Below, in pieces: positions 37,662 through 47,441 of a stretch of 64,000 nt of DNA. Numbering within the stretch: the stretch's first letter is position 1; every line of letters starts with the position of its first letter. The stretch is from Candidatus Pacearchaeota archaeon (GTDB lineage Archaea; Nanobdellota; Nanobdellia; Pacearchaeales; GW2011-AR1), in the NCBI GenBank assembly GCA_026395815.1, contig JAPLXZ010000010.1, forward strand, positions 70,659 through 134,658, in the 5' to 3' direction. Below the pieces are notes generated by a model that had not been told where the DNA came from, searched no databases, and was given only the letters and a program-made list of their open reading frames with translations. The translations under genes and the position numbers were made by a program.

Positions 37662-39149
37662 ATGGAATTAAAAGTAAAATTTATAAGATGGTCTGCAGGA
37701 TTTCCTGTTGCTATGCTGAATGAAGAAACAGCAGAATTAATGGGGATAAATGTTAAAGACAGAATTCTGGTAAAAACAATTTCAAAAAATCCGAGGAGTG
37801 TTGCTACAATTGTAGATACTGTAACAAATCTTGTAAAAGAAAAAGAAATAGGGATTACATCTGAATTAAAAGACAGACTCTCTTTAAAGGTCGGGCAAAT
37901 CGTGGATATAGACATTGCACCATCTCCAAAAAGTTTTATTTTTATAAAAAAGAAATTGAATGGGGGAATTCTAAACCAAAAAGAGATTAATGAGATAATA
38001 AAAGATATTACAAACAACTCATTGTCTGAAGTAGAAATTTCTTTTTTTATTTCTGCGATGTATAAAGAAGGAATGAACATTAAAGAAACAATTCATCTTA
38101 TCAATGCAATATTAAACACAGGAAGAAAATTAAATTTTAAGAATAGAATTGTAGCTGATAAACATTGTATTGGGGGGATTCCAGGAAACAGAACTACCCC
38201 TATTTTAGTGTCTATCTGTGCAGCAGCAGGATTAACTATGCCTAAATCCTCATCAAGAGCAATAACTACTGCAGCAGGAACTGCAGATGTTATAGAAACA
38301 CTCGCCCCCGTTGAATTTTCATTAAAAGACTTGTATAGGATTGTCAGAAAAACGAATGCGTGTTTAATCTGGGGCGGTTCATTGGAAATAGCTCCTGCAG
38401 ACGATAAGATAATCCAAGTTGAAAAATCTCTGAATATTGATCCGCAATCACAATTACTAGCTTCAATAATGTCTAAAAAATTAGCTTCTGGTGCAAAATA
38501 TATCTTGATTGATATTCCTTATGGCAAGACTGCAAAAGTAACAAAACCAAAAGCATTAGAATTAAAGAAAAAATTTGAGTATCTTGGAAAATACTTCAAG
38601 AAAAAATTAGAAGTTGTATTAACAGATGGGAGTCAGCCAATAGGAAATGGTATAGGTCCTGCCTTGGAAATGATTGATATAATAAAAGTTCTTAAAAATT
38701 CAGATGACCGTCCAGAAGATTTGGAGAAAAGAGCCCTATTATTAGCAGGAAAACTTTTGGAAATGACAGGAAAGGCAAAAAAAGGAAAAGGGATTGAAGT
38801 AGGGAGAGAAGTTTTATACTCTGGAAGAGCATTTGAAAAGTTTAAAAAAATAATAAAAGCCCAAGGAGGAAAAATAAAAAAGATAAAACCAGCAAAATTT
38901 AGAAAAGATGTTATAATGGACAAAAATGGGAGAATCATTGAAATAGACAATAAAAAAATCAATTTTTTAGCAAGAATTACTGGCTGTCCATCTGACAAAT
39001 ACTCCGGGCTTTATCTGCATGCGCATGTGGGAAATAAATTGAAAAAAGGAGCAAAACTGCTGACTATTTATTCAGAATCAAAATCACGTCTTAAAGAAGC
39101 AATTGATTTTTATAAAGATCAAAAACCTATTACAATTCACAACAACTAA
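37662..39149 (+). CDS. deoA: AMP phosphorylase / thymidine phosphorylase family protein
   Basis: ~495 aa with an extra N-domain, as in archaeal AMP phosphorylases; HCIGGIPGNRTT motif. Confidence 0.75.
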   Translation: MELKVKFIRWSAGFPVAMLNEETAELMGINVKDRILVKTISKNPRSVATIVDTVTNLVKEKEIGITSELKDRLSLKVGQIVDIDIAPSPKSFIFIKKKLNGGILNQKEINEIIKDITNNSLSEVEISFFISAMYKEGMNIKETIHLINAILNTGRKLNFKNRIVADKHCIGGIPGNRTTPILVSICAAAGLTMPKSSSRAITTAAGTADVIETLAPVEFSLKDLYRIVRKTNACLIWGGSLEIAPADDKIIQVEKSLNIDPQSQLLASIMSKKLASGAKYILIDIPYGKTAKVTKPKALELKKKFEYLGKYFKKKLEVVLTDGSQPIGNGIGPALEMIDIIKVLKNSDDRPEDLEKRALLLAGKLLEMTGKAKKGKGIEVGREVLYSGRAFEKFKKIIKAQGGKIKKIKPAKFRKDVIMDKNGRIIEIDNKKINFLARITGCPSDKYSGLYLHAHVGNKLKKGAKLLTIYSESKSRLKEAIDFYKDQKPITIHNN

Positions 39150-39164
39150 TTTTTTAAAGTTCTC

Positions 39165-39461
39165 TTGCCTCTTTTTTTTATGGAAGAATCAGTTCATAAA
39201 AAAAGTTTGTTTAATTTAGTAGAATATTTTAAAAAAAATCTGAAAAAAGGCTATCCTGTAGATACATTAAGGATAGCATTAATCAACCAAGGATATGTAA
39301 GGCAGATAATTGATAATGCTGCAAAAGAAGCAATCAAACAATTGGCTGATCAGGCTCCTATTTTAAAGGAAAAACCACAGATTGAGCATGAACTTATCAA
39401 TGAAAATGATAAGCCCATTGTTGTAAAAAGACCTTGGTGGAAAAGACTTCTTGGATTGTAA
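39165..39461 (+). CDS. Hypothetical protein
   Basis: ORF only; probable ATG start at MEESVHKK. Confidence 0.3.
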   Translation: MPLFFMEESVHKKSLFNLVEYFKKNLKKGYPVDTLRIALINQGYVRQIIDNAAKEAIKQLADQAPILKEKPQIEHELINENDKPIVVKRPWWKRLLGL

Positions 39462-39479
39462 AATAGAGACATAGTAACC

Positions 39480-39492
39480 TTTAAAATATATA
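39480..39492 (+). promoter_or_regulatory. Candidate TATA box for tRNA-Ser
   Basis: TTTAAAATATATA centred ~26 nt upstream of the tRNA 5' end. Confidence 0.4.
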
Positions 39493-39511
39493 GTTTAGTG
39501 TATATTTTATT

Positions 39512-39633
39512 GCCTCCGTCGCATAATGGTATTGCACCGGTCTTGAGTTAAAAAACGGCCTTGTTTGTCAAGGTTTTGTCAAACAAGAGAACCGGGCCTT
39601 TACGGCTTCCAGGTTCGATTCCTGGCGGGGGCG
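39512..39633 (+). tRNA. tRNA-Ser(UGA) with a ~42-nt intron (about 39548-39589) after position 37
   Basis: Acceptor GCCTCCG/CGGGGGC with G73. T-arm CCAGG-TTCGATT-CCTGG. Anticodon stem CCGGT/ACCGG with loop CT-TGA-G. 13-nt variable arm GCC-tttac-GGC. Confidence 0.8.
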
Positions 39634-39635
39634 TT
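39623..39635 (+). repeat. attL core (direct repeat TGGCGGGGGCGTT)
   Basis: Exact copy at 51869-51881. The adjacent 9-mer GTCGGATAA (39637-39645) is inverted relative to TTATCCGAC at 51853-51861. Confidence 0.6.
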
Positions 39636-39694
39636 CGTCGGATAAGGATACGCACTGTTCAGCCCTTAATAAGCTGAACAAGACAACCTTTTAG

Positions 39695-40867
39695 ATGAGC
39701 AAAGAAAACATACACAACTACGACCGACGACTTGAAAGAACTTTAATTAATCTTAAAAAATCAATTCTCTCTGAAGCAGATAAAGAATTATTAATTAAAT
39801 TTCATGATTCTATGTTTCTTCAAGGATTAAGTGTGTCTAAAATAGAACGATACCTCTATGACGCTTATAGATTTGGATTAATGTTAAATGCTGATTTGAA
39901 AAATGCAACTAAAGAGGACATTCAAAAACTTGTTATTGATATAGAAAAAAAAGATTGGACTCCCAGCTCCAAAAGCACATTTAAGCTTATGATTAGAAAA
40001 TTGTATAAGTTTGTTGAGGGAGTTGAAGAACAAGGAGTTTATCCCAACAAAGTTAAATGGATAAAAACCCATATAAGCAAAAGCAATGAAAAACTGCCTG
40101 AAGAACTATTAACTCCTGAAGAAGTTGTTTCTATAATTAGTTGTGCTGATAATTTTAGAGACAAGGCTTTTATTTCTACTCTTTATGAAACAGGTTGCAG
40201 AATAAGTGAACTTGCTTTAGTTAAAATTAAACAAATTCAATTTGATGTTTATGGAGCCAAAATAAATATTAGTGGAAAAACGGGAAGCAGAAGATTGAGA
40301 GTTGTTAGCTCTTCTCCTTTTTTGCAGGATTGGATTAATAATCATCCGTTTAACAAAGAAAATGATTGCCCTGTTTGGATTAGCAGGGAAAGTAAAAAAC
40401 CCTTGAGTTATGAACGTATAGCTTACATCATTAGAAAAGTCGCTAAAAAAGCAGGGATAAATAAAAGAGTTAATCCTCATAATTTTAGACATTCAAGAGC
40501 TACATATCTCGCTAACCATTTAACTGAAGCGCAATTAAAGGAATATTTTGGATGGACACAAAGTTCTGACATGAGTGCAGTTTATATTCATCTATCAATG
40601 AAAGAAACCGAAAATGCTTTATTGAAATTAAGCGGGATTAATGTAAATGAAGAAGAGCAAAAGCAAATCGTTAATCCTAAATGTCCTAGATGTAACACAA
40701 TAAATAAAATTACTAGTAGATTTTGTGATAATTGCGGTTTAATATTAGATGAGAAAATAGGAAAAGACACAATCAAAGCAGATTTAGACAGACAAAGAGC
40801 TGACGAGGTTATGAATAGATTAGCACAAAATCCTAAATTTATAGAATTACTTAATGAATTGAAATAA
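39695..40867 (+). CDS. Tyrosine recombinase/integrase with a C-terminal zinc ribbon
   Basis: HNFRHSRATYLA (HxxR), VYIHLS tyrosine, CPRC...CDNC. An 8-bp hairpin (39656-39680) lies just upstream. Confidence 0.85.
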   Translation: MSKENIHNYDRRLERTLINLKKSILSEADKELLIKFHDSMFLQGLSVSKIERYLYDAYRFGLMLNADLKNATKEDIQKLVIDIEKKDWTPSSKSTFKLMIRKLYKFVEGVEEQGVYPNKVKWIKTHISKSNEKLPEELLTPEEVVSIISCADNFRDKAFISTLYETGCRISELALVKIKQIQFDVYGAKINISGKTGSRRLRVVSSSPFLQDWINNHPFNKENDCPVWISRESKKPLSYERIAYIIRKVAKKAGINKRVNPHNFRHSRATYLANHLTEAQLKEYFGWTQSSDMSAVYIHLSMKETENALLKLSGINVNEEEQKQIVNPKCPRCNTINKITSRFCDNCGLILDEKIGKDTIKADLDRQRADEVMNRLAQNPKFIELLNELK

Positions 40868-40885
40868 TAATTTTAAACTTTTACT

Positions 40886-41782
40886 TTATTTTGGAAAGTA
40901 ATATTTAGAAGGTTTATCCAAGAGCTTTTCTTTGTTTTCTTTATCAAGTTTTTTAAAATATTCGGTTTCTTTCAAAAAATTAGTTATTTTGTCTTTATTT
41001 TTTTCACCAAATAATTCTGCTTTTGCTAACTTACCCCCATAATATTCCCAGATATTTTTATTATCTTTAAGTAAAGGGATAACTTTTGAAAATTCTTGTT
41101 CCAATTTTTCTTGAAAATATCCTTCATTAATAACCTGATTTAAAAACATACAAATTAGGAAAAACTTTTCTTTTTGTGTTAAGGTTATATCTTCATCAAT
41201 AATTTCAATAAATTTTTGCATTATCTCTTTCAAGTTTATCTTTTTTGAAATCAAGCAACCAATAAAACAATCGATATTACTATTGTCTAAAAAATCTGAA
41301 TCTGCACCAGAAGGGATTAAAAATGTAAACTCAAAAAAATAATTTATTCCATCAATAATGTTGTCCGTATTGGATACTATCTCTCTTCTGAGTATTTTAC
41401 TTTCGAATAGCAATTCTATAAATTCTTTAAATTCATTTGATACTTTAACATCCTTGTCAGAAAGGTAATCCCAATAAGGATTTAAATTTCCCCTTACTTT
41501 TAAAATTCTTTGGGCAGGTCTTTGTTTATATTCAGTATATATTCTCTCTTGCATTACATATTTTTTATTGATTAACTCTGTTATATATTTTTGTGCTATC
41601 TGTCTTTTGCACACATCCTGTTTTTCTAATTCAAAACTGGTATTCCATTCCAAAAATATCTTATTAAATATCCTCTTGCATGTGCTATACCTTACTTTTT
41701 CCCAATCCACCCTGTTCACTTTTTTATTTTTTTGAACATTGTCATTTTTTTCTATCGGTGAGATTAAAGCAATCTTTTTCAT
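40886..41782 (-). CDS. Hypothetical 298-aa protein (element backbone)
   Basis: ORF only. Confidence 0.4.
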   Translation of the reverse strand: MKKIALISPIEKNDNVQKNKKVNRVDWEKVRYSTCKRIFNKIFLEWNTSFELEKQDVCKRQIAQKYITELINKKYVMQERIYTEYKQRPAQRILKVRGNLNPYWDYLSDKDVKVSNEFKEFIELLFESKILRREIVSNTDNIIDGINYFFEFTFLIPSGADSDFLDNSNIDCFIGCLISKKINLKEIMQKFIEIIDEDITLTQKEKFFLICMFLNQVINEGYFQEKLEQEFSKVIPLLKDNKNIWEYYGGKLAKAELFGEKNKDKITNFLKETEYFKKLDKENKEKLLDKPSKYYFPK

Positions 41783-41909
41783 AGATTAATTATGGAAAAA
41801 GATGTTTATAACAATTTTGAACAAAATCCACCATGGGTAAAAATCATTTTATCAGAAGTAAACAAAAAAGAGGGGCAGAAAAAAAAGCAGACTCCTCAAG
41901 CAAATAACA

Positions 41910-42170
41910 ATGATAACTCTGTCAAGTGAATCCTCTGGGCTTTATACTCATCTAGCACTGAAATTAAAGCAGATAGAATCAGCAATAAAAAATAATTCAA
42001 AAAAAAGTTATATTCCTTTTCCGCTTATTTTTAGCAAAGGATTCGGAGCAACTGGAATTTCTAAAAACAAGATGTGGGAAGTTCTTTTTTTAATGAAAGA
42101 ATTTGGGCTTATTGAAGTTATCCCCTTTCATGGAATACGTTTAAAATTTGAGGTGAAAAATGAAAAGTAA
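41910..42170 (+). CDS. Hypothetical small protein, possible wHTH
   Basis: ORF only; overlaps the next gene. Confidence 0.35.
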   Translation: MITLSSESSGLYTHLALKLKQIESAIKNNSKKSYIPFPLIFSKGFGATGISKNKMWEVLFLMKEFGLIEVIPFHGIRLKFEVKNEK

Positions 42171-42939
42171 AGTTGGTAATATTTTTCGTAAGACCCCCTA
42201 TTCTGTATATATGTATATTTCAACACACCAAGATGGCTCTTTAACCTTCCAAACACAAATAGCGAGGGAGTTAAAGATGCCAATTTCCACCCTAAATTAT
42301 TGGATTACAAATTTTAAACAGGAGGGATTGATAGATAAACATCTTAAACTAACCAATAAAGGATTAAAATTATTCAAGTTTATGTGGGATACATATGACA
42401 AATCCAAATTAAGAACTCACAATATACAAGTTATTTTTCAAGTAGTAAAATGTCCTTCTTCTTTCCCTGATTGTTTTAGTAAAGAAATTTATCAACCTCT
42501 TTCTAATAAGAAGTATAAGGGAATAAAGACTATTCTAAATGGTTTTACTTGTATGTTTTATAGCCCCAAAAAGATAGTTTGTGTATTGCCCGATATTTAT
42601 GCTGATACTGACGAAGAAATCTCTTCTCAGATTCAATTAACAATTAACTTGCTTAGAAGTATTTTAGAAGATGAGTTTGCAGGGATTAAAATTGAGGATT
42701 ATACGTTAGCAAGAATACAGACGATACACATTGCTGTGCTTAATTCAATTAAAGCTAAGGCTTATCTCTTGAAGGGATTTACTGAAGAAAATAAAGAGTT
42801 CGCTATTGACAATTCCCATGGAAAATCAGAAATAGAATTAACTAACCCAGATAATGCACTAAGAGATATTATGGATTTATTAAAGCTAGACAAAGATGGG
42901 CGATTTAAATTATCTAAAGAAAAGATTAAAAGGTTCTAA
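42160..42939 (+). CDS. wHTH-domain protein (possible element replication/regulation protein)
   Basis: QIARELKMPISTLNYWITNFKQEGLI HTH segment. Confidence 0.4.
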   Translation: MKSKVGNIFRKTPYSVYMYISTHQDGSLTFQTQIARELKMPISTLNYWITNFKQEGLIDKHLKLTNKGLKLFKFMWDTYDKSKLRTHNIQVIFQVVKCPSSFPDCFSKEIYQPLSNKKYKGIKTILNGFTCMFYSPKKIVCVLPDIYADTDEEISSQIQLTINLLRSILEDEFAGIKIEDYTLARIQTIHIAVLNSIKAKAYLLKGFTEENKEFAIDNSHGKSEIELTNPDNALRDIMDLLKLDKDGRFKLSKEKIKRF

Positions 42940-42954
42940 GTCCTTTCTTTTTTT

Positions 42955-44037
42955 ATGGATAATCTTATAGCAATGTATCAAAATGGAAGAAGGATATTAT
43001 TTCAAAAAGTTGCAGATATTCCTGAAGCAATAGCTAAAGCCAAGGAATATTTTTCTAAACAAGGAAAGAAGATTGAAGATGAAACTAAAATTTTTTCAAT
43101 AAGAATGTATTTTATTGAGATTGATGATGAAGATAAGAAGAACTATAAGGTTTTAATCAATTCTGTTAATCCAGAAGGAAAGAAAATAAATCAGGACACT
43201 GCTGTTTGCTGGAAATTTGATGGGACATACAAAGGTATAACAATAAAAATTCAGACTTTTGATAAAAAAGATATTACTTATCACATTTGGGAAGTAATAG
43301 AATATTTGTTAAAAGAAGATAACACTAAAACCATCTCTAACTTAAAATTCAATTTAGATGTTAAGACAAAAAAGGGAGAAGATTATAATCAAAAACAAAA
43401 ATTAATTTTATTTTTTAGTAAAAAAGAAAATTGCGGGAAACTGTGGAAATATGAAGAAGCTAGAAAGGCTATGTCTAAAGCTGGTTTCGCGATGGTTGGA
43501 AGAGGCATAGAGGGAGAAAGACCCAGAGAATTTAGATATGATTTAGGTTACCCATTTATTACAAGTGAACAAAATAAAAATGTTCCTGATGGGTCTTTTA
43601 TGGTTGAGTTTCCCTTTCCAACAATGCCAAGAAACGAAAGAAGGAATGCTAATGTGAGTTTAGAAAAAGATGACTGGTCAGAATTACTAGAGATATTAAA
43701 AAAAGAACCAAAGAAACTTAGATGCTTTGAATGTGGTTTATTCGAAGGTGAGACTAATAAGATAGGACAAACAACAAAGTTTGAGAAAGGACATTTAGCA
43801 ACTCATTCTTCTGGAGGGGATGTTAGCAAAGGGAATATAACTGCAATATGTAAATATTGTAATTCTGAACAAAAAAATGTTTATAGCTGGGACAAAATTA
43901 CAGGGAAAAAAATTTATCACCTAGTCCCATTCTTAAAGAATAGAAATTATGAAGAGAAGTTAGAAGCATTAAAATATTTAATGAATCATCTTAAAAAAGA
44001 GGATGTGGATAAAATAGCAAAGGAGATATTAAAATAA
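42955..44037 (+). CDS. HNH endonuclease (candidate restriction enzyme)
   Basis: C-terminal CFECG...KGHLATHSSGG...GN...CKYCN HNH/zinc motif; 3' ends overlap the convergent methyltransferase gene. Confidence 0.65.
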   Translation: MDNLIAMYQNGRRILFQKVADIPEAIAKAKEYFSKQGKKIEDETKIFSIRMYFIEIDDEDKKNYKVLINSVNPEGKKINQDTAVCWKFDGTYKGITIKIQTFDKKDITYHIWEVIEYLLKEDNTKTISNLKFNLDVKTKKGEDYNQKQKLILFFSKKENCGKLWKYEEARKAMSKAGFAMVGRGIEGERPREFRYDLGYPFITSEQNKNVPDGSFMVEFPFPTMPRNERRNANVSLEKDDWSELLEILKKEPKKLRCFECGLFEGETNKIGQTTKFEKGHLATHSSGGDVSKGNITAICKYCNSEQKNVYSWDKITGKKIYHLVPFLKNRNYEEKLEALKYLMNHLKKEDVDKIAKEILK

Positions 44038-45033
44038 TTGATTTTTTATCTCTTCAGCTACTGCTTCAATCATAGGAATTGCTACTGAATTTCCTATCTG
44101 TCTATATCTTTCTCCGTTTGAGCTAATCTTTTTATAAGAATCTGGAAAACCCATAAGTCTAAAGCATTCATTTATTGTTAGCTTTCTAACTTTTCCGTTG
44201 TGATATATATGAAATCTCCCAGCTATTTCAGTAGAAGAGATTGTTGGATGTGTTCCATCTGAAGAATATATTCTGTTGCATTGTTTATGAACTCTGGATA
44301 AATGTTCGGTATTTGGTCTTGCACCTTTCTTTCTTATAGGCTTATTTCTATACCCAACAAAAATCATCCCTGTTTTTTGTTCTTTCCAAAGACTCTTATC
44401 CAAAATAGTATATTCTTCAGGAGATAAAAATTTCATCTCAGAATTTTCTTTTTCTAAAATATCTTTAATTTTAACATTAGGATTTTTTGGTTTAATCTTG
44501 CCAAAATCAAAAGGCTTATCTTTACTGGCGATTATTATTATTCTCTCTCTACTTTGTGCAACCCCATAATCTTTGGCATTTAAAACTTGATAAGTTACCT
44601 TGTATCCTAATTCTTCTAAATGTTTAATGATTATCTTTAAGGTTTGTCTACCATTATGATAGATAAGATTCTTTACATTTTCTAAAAAGAGTATTTTTGG
44701 TTTTTTCTCTTTAGCTATTCTTAATATATCAAAAAATAATGTTCCCCGCGTGTCATCAAATCCTTTTTGCTTTCCTGCTGCACTGAATGCTTGACAAGGA
44801 AAGCCACCCGCCAATATCTCATGGTCAGGGATAGTTTTCTCATCTATTTTTGTTATATCCCCTGCAGGTTTTTCTCCGAAATTTGCTTCATAGGTTTTTG
44901 CACATTCCTCATCCCATTCAGAACTAAAGACACAAGTAAATCCTTGTTTTTCCAATCCCCTTCTTATCCCTCCAATCCCTGCAAATAGGTCAATAAATCT
45001 TACCTCTTCCATATTTTTATTATCTTTTTCCAT
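44029..45033 (-). CDS. DNA (cytosine-5) methyltransferase
   Basis: Motifs FAGIGG, GGFPCQAFS, ENVKNL, QSRER, GNSVAIP. Confidence 0.9.
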   Translation of the reverse strand: MEKDNKNMEEVRFIDLFAGIGGIRRGLEKQGFTCVFSSEWDEECAKTYEANFGEKPAGDITKIDEKTIPDHEILAGGFPCQAFSAAGKQKGFDDTRGTLFFDILRIAKEKKPKILFLENVKNLIYHNGRQTLKIIIKHLEELGYKVTYQVLNAKDYGVAQSRERIIIIASKDKPFDFGKIKPKNPNVKIKDILEKENSEMKFLSPEEYTILDKSLWKEQKTGMIFVGYRNKPIRKKGARPNTEHLSRVHKQCNRIYSSDGTHPTISSTEIAGRFHIYHNGKVRKLTINECFRLMGFPDSYKKISSNGERYRQIGNSVAIPMIEAVAEEIKNQLF

Positions 45034-45043
45034 CTTTTAATTA

Positions 45044-45937
45044 TTATGCTTTTAATATTGATTGTGCTAAACTGCTTACAACTTTCGAAGATGAATCTTC
45101 ATGCAGATTTATCAAAGGGCTTCGCACTTTCGCATTTAGTTTTAGTTTAAATTCGTAATAGTTTCTCTTCGAATATCCGTTTTCTTCCCATGCTTTAATT
45201 CTGTCTGCTTCTCTTTCATAATCTCTTAAAATTTTATCTAATAAAACTAATTTTGGATTAAGCTCAAGACTACTAAGTAATATACTCTGCCAGTCTATAC
45301 CCCTCTCTCGGCATTCCTTATACAAAGCTATACCTTTTACTAAAGTTCTGAGACTCACTTCGCAAACATTTGCATATTTTTCTATTATGCTATATACTTG
45401 GGTCTTTTCTTCAATAGATATATCTTGATGAATTTCTGGGATAATCTCTCTCATCTTAGCTAGTATTTCCTCGTTTGTTGGTTGGAATTGAATAAATATT
45501 CCTCTATCCCGCAAGGCACTAATTTTTTCAGTAAGCTCATCAAATCTGTTACAAATAATAGCTACCCGAGATTTAGTTTCATATTTAGATGGAATATTAT
45601 TATTCTCTAATATTGGTGATGTGCTAAACCATGAGATTTCTTTGAACTCATCTGTATTGCATAACATCTTGAGGAGAGATAAGTTGTTATTATCTTGTAA
45701 CAAGGAGTCCACATCGTCTATTACAATCGGAAGGTCTTTATGCAGATAGGCTTCCATGTAGAGCCGTAGGGGAGTTGTATGGGCGAAAATCATTAGGCAT
45801 TCTTTCTCTTGCATTATTTCCCCTATAAGTCTGCTCTTGGCTAGTCCCGCCTTAGACTCAATTATAAGCAAATCTGCATTGCCATTTTTAAACATATTTA
45901 GGTAGAATCTAAGTTCGTTGTAAGTTTGAATTATCAT
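45044..45937 (-). CDS. P-loop ATPase-like protein with a degenerate Walker A
   Basis: ESKAGLAKS (Walker A-like), IVIDDVD (Walker B), AIICN (sensor-like). Confidence 0.5.
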   Translation of the reverse strand: MIIQTYNELRFYLNMFKNGNADLLIIESKAGLAKSRLIGEIMQEKECLMIFAHTTPLRLYMEAYLHKDLPIVIDDVDSLLQDNNNLSLLKMLCNTDEFKEISWFSTSPILENNNIPSKYETKSRVAIICNRFDELTEKISALRDRGIFIQFQPTNEEILAKMREIIPEIHQDISIEEKTQVYSIIEKYANVCEVSLRTLVKGIALYKECRERGIDWQSILLSSLELNPKLVLLDKILRDYEREADRIKAWEENGYSKRNYYEFKLKLNAKVRSPLINLHEDSSSKVVSSLAQSILKA

Positions 45938-46134
45938 AATAAATGTAGTTATAACTTGTTTATAAACATTTCGGTTACAAATAGGTAATTTGATTTCACG
46001 AGAAATCTTGTAAAAACCCCATAAGCCATCTTTTTAACGTGTATATAAAATATAAGGGGTTATGAACATGGCTGATTTGCTTAGATATTTTCTACTTCAG
46101 AAACATTTATAAAGTATAAGTAGTTATAACTAAT

Positions 46135-46293
46135 ATGGTTTACATTGCTATAAGGAAAATTAAGGGCATAAAGTATTATTATGTAGTTGAAAGTGCCAGA
46201 AATGACAAGGGTAAGCCTGTGCAGAGGATTATAGAATATATTGGCTCTGAGAAGAAGCTACTTGAAATGCTAAAGATTAAAACTAACAGCTAA
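46135..46293 (+). CDS. 52-aa ORF (MVYIAIRKIKGIKYYYVVESARNDKGKPVQRIIEYIGSEKKLLEMLKIKTNS)
   Basis: Not in the track because it is under 60 aa. The YYYxVES.R..GK..Q..I.YIG pattern resembles, from memory, N-termini of some IS/integrase-type proteins. Confidence 0.35.
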   Translation: MVYIAIRKIKGIKYYYVVESARNDKGKPVQRIIEYIGSEKKLLEMLKIKTNS

Positions 46294-46407
46294 TAAGTTT
46301 AGACTAAAAATCATGTTTTAATTATACTTTTGTTTGTGTTTTCTATATTTTAGTTTAAATTAAATTGATATTCGCCTATGTTTATGCTTTAGCATTTAAG
46401 ACACATC

Positions 46408-46620
46408 TTACTTCTTTTTAGCTCTCATTTTCTTTCTTATAAAAAATCCAACTCCGTAAATAAAGCAGAAAATAACAAAGCCAAGAAAATAGCTGGTGTA
46501 ATATCCGATAGTTATGCAGATTGAAGCAATAAGGCAGAAGATTAAGAACTTCCCTAAGATTCTTCCGCTTTCCTTAAATCCTTCATTATTACTTCCTAAT
46601 ATAATTGCTTCCTTTTTCAT
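46408..46620 (-). CDS. Small 2-TM membrane protein
   Basis: Hydrophobic ORF; ATGA-coupled to the upstream gene. Confidence 0.4.
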   Translation of the reverse strand: MKKEAIILGSNNEGFKESGRILGKFLIFCLIASICITIGYYTSYFLGFVIFCFIYGVGFFIRKKMRAKKK

Positions 46621-47357
46621 TTTGATGAAGTATTATCTTGCTCAAATAAATGTTTAAACCAATTTAGGATTCTTGTGATTAAATCCGCACTCACGCATTT
46701 TTCAGAAGCACAAACATTACTTTCGCATTCAAAACTGTTATCACAACTTTCTTCACTTTGCTTTTGGATAATCATTAATTTATTTTCAGAGCAATATTTC
46801 CCCTCTTTTCTGAATCCAAGAGATAAACAGCTATCATTGACATGACAGCCAGAACATAAATTTTGAGGTGGATTATTTATCTCTGAATCTGGGGAAGGAT
46901 TATTTATGCAATTAGAATTAGCTATCCCTTTCTCTAAATCCGTTAGTTCTGTTGAGCAACCATTTCCTATCCTTGAAGTGCAGTTATTTTCATCTATAAA
47001 AATAAAAGTAGGAACTCCAAAAACTCTATATTGTTTAGCCAAATCATCATTTTCTAAATCTGCAAAATCAGAATTTATATGTCTTACAACTTCTATACAT
47101 CCAGAATTTTGCTCAAATTCATTTATAGCATTGTAACTTGGATGGCTTGAAGCTGTTTCCCCAGCACAACAAGGTGCATTTTCCGAACAGAAATAGATTA
47201 GTTGTCCGCATTTTTGGGACACAGAAGCATTTGAAGAGCCACCTCCATTGATGGGACTAGAAGAATTTGCTTGAGTAGCAGGAATCAATATCAATACAAT
47301 CAAAAATACTATTAAAAAACTACGTAAGAAAGGTTTTTTCTTATCTATCTTAACCAT
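46617..47357 (-). CDS. Secreted Cys-rich protein, possibly with a thioredoxin-like fold
   Basis: N-terminal signal/TM segment, VFGVPTFIFID cis-Pro-type motif, many Cys. Confidence 0.4.
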   Translation of the reverse strand: MVKIDKKKPFLRSFLIVFLIVLILIPATQANSSSPINGGGSSNASVSQKCGQLIYFCSENAPCCAGETASSHPSYNAINEFEQNSGCIEVVRHINSDFADLENDDLAKQYRVFGVPTFIFIDENNCTSRIGNGCSTELTDLEKGIANSNCINNPSPDSEINNPPQNLCSGCHVNDSCLSLGFRKEGKYCSENKLMIIQKQSEESCDNSFECESNVCASEKCVSADLITRILNWFKHLFEQDNTSSK

Positions 47358-47441
47358 ACTTTTTTGAGCATTTAATATTTTTTAAATGTTTGTCTATCTA
47401 TTGTCAATCTTTCTAATAAATGTCTACTTGGTGTCTATCTT

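Noticed and set aside
39574-39591. 18-nt exact match TTTTGTCAAACAAGAGAA between the tRNA-Ser intron and 63624-63641, inside the ORF between spt5 and rpl11
   Set aside because: With ~30% GC and about 4e9 position pairs on both strands, roughly one chance 18-mer match per window is expected. There is no extended similarity on either side. I treat it as coincidence unless a genome-wide search shows more copies.
41792-41929. 45-codon ORF (MEKDVYNNFEQNPPWVKIILSEVNKKEGQKKKQTPQANNNDNSVK) in the 41783-41909 spacer
   Set aside because: Its ATG is only 9 nt from the divergent start of the 298-aa gene, leaving no room for a promoter, and it overlaps the 41910 ORF. The coding status cannot be supported from sequence alone.
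42160-42939. Possible rolling-circle Rep motifs (THNIQVIF as an HUH-like motif, AYLLKG as a YxxK-like motif) in the 259-aa wHTH protein
   Set aside because: The motifs are short, non-canonical (HxQ rather than HUH) and were found by eye only. This is not enough to call it a Rep.
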